Assembly: GCA_002269645.1 (NCBI GenBank)
Contig: NIVC01000029.1
Location: forward strand, 1,240,001 to 1,304,000
Direction of reading: 5' to 3'
Origin: Macrostomum lignano
Lineage: Eukaryota
DNA length: 64,000 nucleotides
Position numbers and translations under genes: made by a program. Shown here piece after piece: positions 24,155-35,900 of the stretch. Every line of letters begins with the position of its first letter. Positions within the stretch are counted from its first letter, which is position 1. A model generated the notes under the pieces. That model did not search any database and had not been told where the DNA came from. It saw nothing but the letters and a program-made list of their open reading frames with translations.

Positions 24155-27100
24155 TCATGCCCGTTCGTCAAACTCATACAACCCGTCCAAAATCCTGCTC
24201 AAAACGTGTCGTTTCTCTTTAATCAAGCGTCTCCGATCCCGTTGAATCCGATCGCAGTCCTCGGCAGGCAGATGCCGAAGCCCGGCGCCGCCGTGAGCCC
24301 GCAGCATGAACAGAGCCGCAAACACGCCGCCGCTGAAGGCCTCAGCAGGGGTGGGGATCTCACCAGCTGGCAGCCCCATAGCCGGCGCCAGGATCTGGAA
24401 GGCGGACCGGACGCTGGCCAGCCAGGCCGAAGCCACGGTGACGCAACGAACCGACGGTCTCAACGGCAAGCTGGCGTACCAAGCCGGCCGGACCAGATGC
24501 AGGCCCAGCGCTGGCAGCAGAATCGACAGAGCCTCGTCCAGATCGAGTCCAAGCAGTCGGCCGCAGTTAGCCGCTAGAAAGTGACGCAACGCGGCGCACA
24601 TGGCACCGTAGCGCCAACCGTAGGCGCGCGAAGCGTCCGGCAGGCCGAGCAGAGCACAGAACGTGGCCGAAGCTTCACCGATTGAACGATGACGAGTGTC
24701 TAGCGGCGCCAGATTGATGCCGCGAATTTGGCGCAGAGAGGCGCGCATTTGGCGCCAATGACCGCCTTCTCCGGGATCGAACTCTTCCCTGCGGTTTTAG
24801 TAGTAGGAAATTAGTCTGAGGAGTCTGGGTTTGAGTGTACATCGGAGGGGAGGTGTTGGGCTATACAGATTGTACATTTGGGAGGAGTTGGGCTAAAAAG
24901 AGTGTACATTTGTGGAGTGGTTGGGCTAGAGAAGGTGTACATTGGGGAGGAGGGGTTGGGCTAGAGAATGTACATTTGGGAGCCGTGATTAGGCTAGAGA
25001 AGTGTACGTTGGAGGGGTAGGGGTTGGTCTAGAGTGTACATTAGGGAGGCGTGGTTAGGCTAGAGAAGTGTACATTGAAGAGGAGGGTTGGTCTAGAAAG
25101 TGTACATTCGGGAGGAGGGGTTGGGCTAGAGAGAGAGTACATTTTTGGAGTGGTTGGGCTAGAGAGTGTACATTTGTGGGGGAGTGGTTGGGCTAGAGAG
25201 AGTGTACATTTGTGGGGGAGTGGTTGGACTAGAGAGAGTGTACATTTGTGGGGGAGTGGTTGGGCTAGAGAGAGTGTACATTTGTGGGGGAGTGGTTGGG
25301 CTAGAGAGAGTGTACATTTGTGGGGGAGTGGTTGGGCTAGAGAGTGTACATTTATGGGGGAGTGGTTGGGCTAGAGAGTGTACATTTGTGGAGAAGTGGT
25401 TGGGCTAGAGAGAGTGTACATTTTTGGAGTGGTTGGGCTAGAGAGTGTACATTTGTGGGGGAGTGGTTGGGCTAGAGAGAGTGTACATTTGTGGGGGAGT
25501 GGTTGGGCTAGAGAGAGTGTACATTTGTGGGGGAGTGGTTGGGCTAGAGAGAGTGTACATTTGTGGGGGAGTGGTTGGGCTAGAGAGTGTACATTTATGG
25601 GGGAGTGGTTGGGCTAGAGAGTGTACATTTGTGGAGAAGTGGTTGGGCTAGAGAGAGTGTACATTTGTGGGGGAGTGGTTGGGCTAGAGAGTGTACATTT
25701 GTGGGGGAGTGGTTGGGCTAGAGAGTGTACATTTGTGGGGGAGTGGTTGGGCTAGAGAGTGTACATTTGTGGGGGAGTGGTTGGGCTAGAGATAGTGTAC
25801 ATTTGTGGAGAAGTGGTTGGGCTAGAGTTTTACCTGGAATCGGGCTCGCCATCCCTGAGCGCGCATCGGTGTGCCCAGTCGCGCAGTTGTGCGGCGGCGC
25901 CCTCCTCAGCAGACGGATGCCCGGGCGTGTCGTCCTCAAGGCAGACGCGTCGCCAATAGCGACCGCGCCGCAGGGCAACCAGCGCGGAAGCGTAGCGCCC
26001 CTCTTTCACGCCGGCCTCTAGATGAGCCTCCAACGGACACCGAGAAACCGACGATGATAAGGATTCGACGCCTTCAACCAGCATCAGGCAGTAGAATTGG
26101 CGAGAATGCTCAACAGCAGACCGGAGTCGCTGATCGTTGGCTAGACGGCGTTCGAACTCGCGACTATTAGCCAGGCCATTGATTGAGCGAAGCCAGGCGG
26201 CGAAGTCGGCGAGCTGTTAAGAATAAAAATTCTAGTTGGAGAGGCCAACGTTTTACAGGTGTTACAAGCGAAACTAAATAAAATTCCAGAGATAGCCTAC
26301 TGATAGTAGGAGAAAAGGTAAATACTATAAGTACTAGTATTAGTGGTAGTAGGGATAGTAGCAGTAGCAGTAGTAGTAAAGTAGTAATAGTTGTAGTAGG
26401 AGTAGTAGTAGTAGTATTAAAATCAGTAGAACACAGCTCAAACTCCACTCACCATCAAGCGCGGCCCTCCAGCATCACCAGACTGCTCAGGTTTGCAAAC
26501 AGCCACGGCATCTCTGACGCCTAGCTGGTTGCCAAGTCTATCTCGGTTGCCTAGCAACGGGCCAGTAAAATCGTTGCCCATGATAACACTTAAATCCAAT
26601 AGTAAATCCCAACGATCGAAGCCCAGCAGTTTAAGCACGTTAGGACCGGACACCAATCCAACAACTAGTCGCAATGGTCGCTCTGTTAGTGGTCCTTGGC
26701 TAATGGATTGCGGCTCTTTGCCTAAGCCTAAATCGCCGTGTAAATCGAATAGTTCGGTTGGTAATAGTACGCTGTCGCGAAATACGCACAGATCTGAGTC
26801 GCTGTTCAATACTGCTAGCGCTTGCCGGTTCGTGAGCAGTGCCTGAGCCAGATTATAATCTGCTTCACCTCGCACAGCCTGGTGTACAGGACAACCGCTT
26901 GCCCTTATGCTGGCTAGCATTTGCTGTTCTAAACAGACTGGACGAATCGATGGATCAGGTGCAACTCCGGAGTCTGAAGCGTAGCCTGAGCACCATCTGC
27001 AGGGGGGGGGGATAGTGAAGCGATTTTTTTCAGTAGCTCAAAACCATAGATTCTAGAATAACTAGATGGGCCACTCAGCACATTTGCGTGTAAGCTACTT

Positions 27101-27985
27101 TCAGTTCAGTAGTAAGTTAAACGGAAGCATTTTAATATATTTTAAAGCCAAGGTTCATTTACTGCTCTTACCCCCCACTTAAACCTCCAACCGCGCCTTT
27201 CTTTCCACTCTACCCCCCCCGCCACCCCAATTTTTATTGCCTTTTTCGGAATTCCAGCCTAAAGCGGCCATGTACATTTCAGTGGACTGGCTAATGTACA
27301 TTATTGCTGAACCAATTAGCAAGTTGTTTACGCCTGCAAGCTTTGGGCTTCTAAACTTATCAAAGCAATGTCAGCCACCTTGTTTTTAATAAAATAGCTT
27401 ATGCATTCTTCTTTGCTACTGAACTGAAAGTAGAAAGCTGTTTTACTAAGTATATATGCCTGAGTGGCCCATCTAGCTGTTTTAGTATCTGTGCTCAAAG
27501 CTTCCTGAGTGCGTGCCTCTCTCTCTCTCTCTCTCTCTTTTGTGATTAAAAAGTCAAAGTCTCAGGAGTCAGAGGAATATTATTCAGAGCACCAACCTAA
27601 GAACTTCTGTTCTTCGTTGCACCTCCTGTCTCAGTCGATGCATCCACAGGCGGCTTCTTTGAGCGTCGGTTTTGCCACAACAACTTCTGGCAGCGTCGAC
27701 GTGCCAAATTAAATTAACGCCAACAGCTTTTAAATCGGCGATCAACTGACGCAGCCAGGCATCCAACAGGCCGTACTCTCCGCCTTGTACGCTGGCATAG
27801 GGATTGGCCATAGACAGGCTGGCGTTAAACTTACCCAGTAGATAATTAGCGAAGGCGTGAAAGTCTACTAAGAGATCAATCGAGGCTGAGGGCTGCTGTA
27901 GGCGGGCCCGCTCGATCAGATCCACGTATTCTACGCAACAGTCGCGATGCTCCAGTATGTAGTTTAATAAGCCTGGGACACCCAT
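24155..27985 (-). CDS. Asteroid/FAM120-type XPG-N/PIN-domain protein; exons 27985-27597, 26996-26453, 26213-25834, 24788-24155
   Basis: MGVPGL start, LLVD, GGEY, WHVD, GEADY, NSDSDL and MGNDF motifs of the FEN1/XPG-like PIN fold; all four exons join in phase via GT-AG. Confidence 0.82.
24830..25828. repeat. 36-38-bp minisatellite GAGAGTGTACATTTGTGGGGGAGTGGTTGGGCTAGA filling intron 3 of the PIN gene
   Basis: Tandem copies running up to the donor at 25833. Confidence 0.95.
27045..27493. mobile_element. ~450-bp hAT-like MITE, copy 1
   Basis: TIR core CTAGATGGGCCACTCAG / CTGAGTGGCCCATCTAG, extending imperfectly to CA(T/C)AGAT ends. 8-bp TSD CTCAAAAC / CTCAAAGC; homologous to 48915-49351. Confidence 0.8.
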
Positions 27986-28119
27986 GTCTACCGGAAGATT
28001 TTGTTAATTTAACACTTGATTAAACACTTGGCAGGAATTAATTAGGTGAAAAAATTAATTAATTCTTGCACCTTCTATTTATTATAATTTTGTTCTAATT
28101 ATAGTTAATTAAACGGACA

Positions 28120-29235
28120 AAATGCTGAGAGAAATGCTGTTTTAGGGAGATTGGGAATATAGGGAAATGCTGTTGTAGGGAGATTAGGAGTGTAGGAAAA
28201 TGCTGTTGTAGGGAGATAGGGAATGTAGGGAAATGCTGTTGTAGGGAGATTAGGAGTGTAGGAAAATGCTGTTGTAGGGAGATAGGGAATGTAGGGAAAT
28301 GCTGTTGTAGGGAAATAGGGAATGTAGGGAAATTATGTTGTAGGGAGATAGGGAAGGTAGGGAAATGCTGTTGTAGGGAGATAGGGAATGTAGGGAAATG
28401 CTGTTGTAGGGAGATAGGGAATGTAGGGAAATGCTGTTGTAAGGAGATAGGGAATGTAGGGAAATGCTGTTGTAGGGAGATTAGGAGTGTAGGGAAATGC
28501 TGTTTAAGGGAGATTAGGAGTGTAGGGAAATGATGTTGTAGGGAGATTGGGTTTGTAGGGAAATGCTGATGTAGGGAGATTGGGAGTGTAGGGAAATGAT
28601 GTTGTAGGGAGATTGGGTTTGTAGGGAAATGCTGTTGTAGGGAGATTGGGTTTGTAGGGAAATGCTGATGTAGGGAGATTGGGAGTGTAGGGAAATGATG
28701 TTGTAGGGAGATTGGGTTTGTAGGGAAATGCTGTTGTAGGGAGATTAGGAGTGTAGGGAAATTATGTTGTAGGGAGATTGGGTTTGTGGAGAAATGCTGT
28801 TGTAGGGAGATTAGGAGTGTAGGGAAATTATGTTGTAGGGAGATTGGGTTTGTAGGGAAATGCTGTTGTAGGGAGATTGGGTTTGTAGGGAAATGCTGAT
28901 GTAGGGAGATTGGGAGTGTAGGGAAATGATGTTGTAGGGAGATTGGGTTTGTAGGGAAATGCTGATGTAGGGAGATTGGGAGTGTAGGGAAATGCTGTTG
29001 TAGGGAGATTGGGTTTGTAGGGAAATGCTGTTGTAGGGAGATTGGGTTTGTAGGGAAATGCTGTTGTAGGGAGATTAGGAGTGTAGGGAAATTATGTTGT
29101 AGGGAGATTGGGTTTGTGGAGAAATGCTGTTGTAGGGAGATTAGGAGTGTAGGGAAATTATGTTGTAGGGAGATTGGGTTTGTAGGGAGATTGGGTTTGT
29201 GGGGAAATGCTGTTGTAGGGAGATTGGGAGTGTAG
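28120..29235. repeat. 33-bp minisatellite GTAGGGAAATGCTGTTGTAGGGAGATTGGGTTT
   Basis: About 33 copies; explains the spurious ORF 28095-29309. Confidence 0.95.
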
Positions 29236-29913
29236 CAAAGGTCTACAGAGTGTAATCTGCATAATTGTATGAATGGAAAATTGATTAAATGAATAAAACT
29301 AAACAGCAAATCAAGTTAAGCTAGTTTTAATAAAAACAGGTGAAATAATATATTTCATTTATATAACGTTTGATAGGTCTTGAAAAAATGACAACAGAGA
29401 TTTGAAGCAAAGCAGCAAAGCAAACATAATAGAAGCAACAGACAAATTGTTACAGATTTGAAAAAAATAAATTTGAAAGTTTTGCTGATAACAATTATTG
29501 AATACATTGTTAGCAGACTGTCTTTTTACAGCACTGGCGCTAAACAATGCTTACAATTACTGAATAAATTATATTTCAATTCACTTTACTTGCATAAAAT
29601 TAAGCTAAATATTATAAATCAACATACGACTACCAATATGCATACTAATTACCAGTAGTTAATCGCGAGAGAAATATAAAAAAATAATCATCAATCAGTT
29701 ATTTTTCTTGTGAAAACAGTGAATGTTGATTTCTTGGATGAAGAAGAGATTTGAGCACGTTCGGACGACAAGCAAGCCTTTTAAAGATCTTCGAAGCTCG
29801 ACATCGGGGAGACGATCCTTAAAAATCTTTTAAATTAAGCAGCAATTGGTCAAGTTTAAAAGTTTAGCACCTGCCTCAATCAATGACTCACCTGTTTACT
29901 ATAAAACAATCAT

Positions 29914-32900
29914 TCATTCGTCCTTCTGATTAGTTAAAGAAGCTTTCGCACCAACTAAAGCAGACGCAACGCCCTCGGATGTACTGTAATAAAAAATAAA
30001 TGACCTTAAATGTTATAATAACCTTTTTTGTCACGCTGACCTTCTTTGTCACGACATTAAGTATACGAAATTTATCTGGTTACACAGAGTGCAGACGACA
30101 ATAAAAATCACTTAAAGCATACAAACAGATCAGTGTAAGTATCAGTTGCACAAATTTACAACTAACTACCATCCAGTGCGCGTATACAATATCGTAGTGC
30201 AGCAGGACTTACCTGTCAATCATTTCTAGACTGAAAAATGAAAGCAGAAAGGACAGGCAAAAGAAAAGCAAAATGAGGGTTTCTTCAACAACTGAAACTG
30301 TTTTACCGAATTATCCCATATAATTTTAAAATCGAATTTCCAATATGATTACCGAATCACCCCATATGATTACCAAATTACCTCATATGATTACAAAATT
30401 ACCCCATATGATTACCGAATTACCCCACATGATTACCAAATTACCCCACATGATTACCAAATTACCCCACATGATTACCAAATTAACCCACATGATTACC
30501 AAATTACCCCACATGATTACCAAATTACCCCATATGATTACCGAATCCCCCACATGATTACCGAATCACCCCATATGATTACCAAATTACCTCACATGAT
30601 TACCAAATTACCCCACATGATTACCAAATTACCCCATATGATTACCGAATTCCCCCATATGATTACCGAATTACCCCATCTGATTACCGAATTACCCCAT
30701 CTGATTACCGAATTCCCCCATATGATTACCTAATTACCCCATATGATTACCGAATTCCCCCATATGATTACCGAATTACCCCATCTGATTACCGAATTAC
30801 CCCATCTGATTACCGAATTACCCTATATGATTACCGAATTACCCCATATGATTACCGAATTACCTCATATGATTACCGAATTACCCCATCTGATTACCGA
30901 ATTACCCCATATGATTACCCCATTTAATCATCAAATATCACATAAAAAAACACGATTAGAGCAAGAAAATAGCAAAATACGCTACGACTGCCCCCATAAG
31001 AAAGAGCATAACTTCACTCACCCGGTAGTGGGCTCAGCACCCAGCCTGGTAGCCATGCCAGCCCGCAGCCGATCAACCGTCCGATGCAGTCCCGCCGACT
31101 CAGCCAGATGCACAGCCGTCAGCCACAGACGTCGGCACAACGGCAACAGTTGCAAGCCGCGTTCCAACAGGTCCAATTGAGGTCGAACGGCGCCTAAGAT
31201 ACGATGAGATGGCCAGTTGAATGCATTTCTGCGCTGTGAATTGCTTGTGTTGAGTTTATCTTCTTCTGTTTAAGGTTATTGTACTTTTAATTTTCACAAC
31301 AGTTAACCGAACTACCAAGAATTAGGAAATCTACAAACTGTGGGATAAAATCCCAACAGCTACGAGTACTAGGTTTGAAAATCCTCAAAGTCTCTAAAAT
31401 CCATAGGGGTAATAATCCCAATAGCTACAAGGATTAAGGATCCTACAAGGTCCCAAGGAACAATGGGGATAAAAATCCCAATAGCTACAAGGATTGAGGA
31501 TCCTACAAGGCCCCTAGGAACAATGGGGATAAAAATCTCAATATAGCTACAAGGATCAAGGATACTACAAGGTGCCAAGGAACAATGGGGATAAAAATCC
31601 CAATAGCTACAAGGATTGAGGATCCTACAAGGCCCCTAGGAACAATGGGGATAAAAATCCCAATAGCTACAAGGATTGAGGATCCTACAAGGCCCCTAGG
31701 AACAATGGGGATAAAAATCCCAATAGCTACAAGGATTGAGGATCCTGCAAGGTTCCAAGGAACAATAGGGATAAAAATCCCAAAAGCTACAGGGGTTTAG
31801 GATCCTATAAGGCCCTAGGAACAATGGGGATAAAAGTCTCAATAGCTACAGGGATTTAGGATCCTATAAGGCCCCTAGGAACAATGGGGATGAAAATCCC
31901 AATAGCTACTAGGCTTGAAGATTCTTCAAGTCCTCCCTAGAAACCATAGGGATAAAAATCCCAATGGATACTAGGATTCAAAACCCTTCAAGTCCTCCCC
32001 TAGAAACCATAGGGATAAAAATCCCTAAAATCCCGACAAAAGGCACCAACGCCGCCATTAGGAGACATTTCTGAATAAAAAGAAAATCCAGGCTGGGTGT
32101 CGGCGCCAGTCGCAAAAGAACAAACCCGGATGAGCTGTTTGCAACAATTGCAAACTCAGATCGAGCCAAAACGCTGGACTAGTTGGCTGATGAAATTTTG
32201 CGCAATCCAAGCACAGAGCGCAGGCGTCTGGCAGCCGATCGCAGTTGGTCAGAACCGAGCAAACGGAGCGCAGCAGAGGCAGAGAGTCCGGTGCTCGACA
32301 CACAATGGACGTTAGCTCCGAGACGGACAAAGGTGCAATCTGTTTCCAATCGATTGAGTCGATTAATTTTGCCGCGGCAGCCGATAGCATGGCCGGACAA
32401 GGCGATCTCAGTAGAGGTCTTAGTTCGCGACAAAGACTATGGACGAGGTCTGCGCTGACTTCTGCAGTCTCAGTAACAATGAAGGTCAATAGTTGAACAC
32501 CGGATAGAGGGCTGCTCAACCGAGACGCTAAATCAATCAGAGTTGAAGACGGAAAATTCTTTGACAATTTCATCTTCAATACTCGAGCATAATTCATCGC
32601 AACAAATAATTGAGCATCGGTTTCCATAGCAACCAATGAACGACGAATAGGCGATCGAAATTTCAATGCTTCCTCAGGATCCAGCAAGCCTAACAGATGT
32701 TCGTAGCGTTTTAGCACGACTTCAATGCCCTCGTCCGTATCTGCAATACTGCCACCATTGTTGTAAGATGCAGACACGGCCACGGAGAGAAGCTGAATAG
32801 CTTCATCATTACTTTTAGTAGTAGAATTCTTTAGCAGTATCCAATTAACAGCCGAATGAGCCAAATCTGGCCAATGCGTCACGCAGGTGGCTCCGCAGTT

Positions 32901-35900
32901 GTGCAACAAATCAATCAATTCGCCAGATGAAGGACAACTATTGGATTCAAATACGCTTGACAACCAGTGCATCAGGGCTGGTAGGAAGGATCTGCGAATA
33001 GCTAACAGGCGATAGATAGCTGAAACACCTTGATGGCTGCTGCTGCTGCTATCGGACGATTTGCAAGCCAAGCATTGAGCAACCAATAGTACTAGGCGAT
33101 GTCTGAATGGGCAAGACGGCTCGGGCCCGATTAACCAATCGCAGATCTCAGACGCCAACGCTTTCGGTTCGTCGCCGGCGGTGCTGATTGGCAGTTGAAA
33201 AAAAACACACACACAGAGAACTTTGAATTAGTAGCAATTTAAGTACACTATGCAACTAGACTGGGACAAACAATATTCGTGTTTTATTTGAAAGTATGCT
33301 AGCACTCTAGGTAGGTAGACTTGTACATCTATTCTAGTACAGGTGTGCTAGTACAGATAGACTAGTACAAGTACACTTGTACATGTACATGTACACTAGT
33401 AAATATACACTACTGCAGGTACACTTACCGAACTACCCCCAAAACTAGTGTACCTGTACTAGGACCTTTGCAGGCACACTAGTACATATACACTAGGTAC
33501 AAGTTAACTGGTACAGGTATTCTAGTACAGGTACACTTGTACAGGTATTGTAGTACAACTACACTAGTACAAAAAATCAGTACAAGTACTTTAGAGAAAA
33601 TACACGAAAGACTTCATTATCAAACAAAACTTACAAGCTTTTTTCGATCGAATCCTTAGTCGCGTCTTTATCGTCCAGCTGCTGCTCAAAAATACCAGCA
33701 GCAATTAGCAGCTGACGCAGGTCATTAACAGATAACTTGTCAGCTTGTTGATTATCTACATCGATAACAAATATTGGTAGTTCAGTTAGCAAGGCGGTTT
33801 CTGACCGCAACGATGCTAGCGGCAATTCCGGCGGCGAACCAGTCAGAGCCCAATACAGACGGTAAAGTTGTAGAAATGCCGCATGATTAGGCAACATGGC
33901 AGTCGGTGGCCCGCTAGGCCAAACCTGCGGCGGCGGCGACTGGGAATCGTCGTTCAAGTACATCAGTCGACAATGACTGAGAGCCAGCTGCAGCAAGTCT
34001 AACGAACTGGCGGTGCGTTGCAATTCCGGCAGTGCAAATGCGAATTCTAATAGTTGTCGTTGACCAATAAAATCGGGTTGCAAACGTAAAGCCCGACGAA
34101 CAATGCCGCAATGTGGCACCCGGTTGAGCAAGGTTTTCAACAGGGCTACCGGAACCGGACGCTTGGCTAAGCGTCGCAATTCCAACGAGTGCAAGACTAA
34201 ACCAACGTGATTTGGAAATTGGCCAGTGGATTCGTTAGCGAATGCTTCGGCTGCGGAGACGACGCAGTCGCGCGAGTCGATCGTGGCGGCAGATTGTCTA
34301 TGGGATAAATATGGGATGAACCTTTCGAGCTGAGGGATTTGGTGAGGAAATCCTAACAGGTGTAGTTTTTGCAAAGAGTTACCGATTTTTGACCATGTCA
34401 ACCAGCTGGGACGAGCGGAAAATTTCTAGTAATTCATTCAATGCTGGCTAAGACTGGTAAGTCCTCAACTAAACATTTTTTGCGTTCTATTTGGTGCGAC
34501 ACACGCAGCGGAAACGAGCCAAGCCAAAAGACATGGTTTACCATAGACATGCCATAGAAACTGCGTTCTATTTGGGCTTGGGCTAAGATTCTCTCACGGT
34601 CTACCAAGCTGATTTTTGAATAAGGGCCTCCATGTGCCATGTCTCAATTTCTCTTGTACAAGCTGTTCTTGGGCAGACCAAATTGAACGCAGCTGTTTCC
34701 GAATTGCTTTCTGCTAAGTCTATGGCCAAACCCTGAGTGGCTAACCTGTCAGCCTGTCAAATTCGCACAAAATTAAACGCAGATTTCACCAAATCGCAAA
34801 ATGGTCAAGTTGAGCCCCCTGCAAATCTGACTATGTCTGAAATTTAGCCAGTTACATATCTACCTATGTGTCCAAGTGCTGCATGCCTCGTTGCAATGCC
34901 TGGAACGATTCTAGAACGCTTTCTAGTGCTTTCAGCCATTGATGCACTCATTGATACACCAATTGATGTTCTAAGTGCTTTCCTCATTCTAAGAGTATAA
35001 TCGCTCCAAATCCTTGCCTTATATGATAAGGACTCTTAGATAAAGGGACTAAACTTGTGCAAGAAAAATTTCAGTAATGCTTCCTGGGGAGTAAGTTGTG
35101 GACAAGTAAATAGGATTCCTTGAAAGAAAGCTTGGGATTAATGAGCATTAGATATAATTACAGATAATTCGCGCGTTGCTATTTTATTAACGTTTATTTA
35201 ATTTCACAGCAGCCAATCGATGTTTGCAAGTTCAAGTAAACTAAAAAATTTTACGTTTTGGATTACTTTCACATGATTTGCAGTGATTTTCATATTTAAA
35301 TTGAATTAGCTATGTTAATGCAAACAAAAACAAAATTCTTCGTAATAAAAGTAATATGGCCACTTTTATGTACAAAGTGCATCTGTGACTGTGACTTCGA
35401 AACCCTCGAAATAACCTACCTAGATCGTAGTCGACACAAGAAATGATGCAACACAGCAATAGCTTGTTCAGGCGACGAAATCGGTCTGCAAGACTGACAA
35501 CGCGGATCGTCGCGCAGGTGAGCGCCGCTGACAGTAACGTAACGTTCGCAAGCGTCGCAATAGTCTTTCACTGAGACGCTTCGTTCGGCGAGACGATGGT
35601 TGCGACGAGTCGAAGAAGAAGTTGTCGAAGCAATGGACGACGAAGGCAAAGTTGCAGTAGTAGTTGTAGGATTACTATTAGTAGTGCTGGCGATCGTATT
35701 TGGTAGACCGCGCATAGTTTTATCGGAAGATTGCCAAGTAGGCAGGTGCTGATATTCGCAAGATGGATCGCGGCAAGAGCCGTGCAAGCCGAACGGGCAC
35801 AAAGGAATGAACGGATCCAGGGGAGGACCAGAAGCGGATGTTGGAGGACAGACGCGACGCAGTAAATTAGACTCGTCTAGCGCGGCTAAGACTCGACTTT

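Noticed and set aside
28095-29309. Long ORFs in repeats (also 23495-24158, 44659-45411, 51938-55173)
   Set aside because: These are translations of stop-free minisatellite units lying in introns or spacers.
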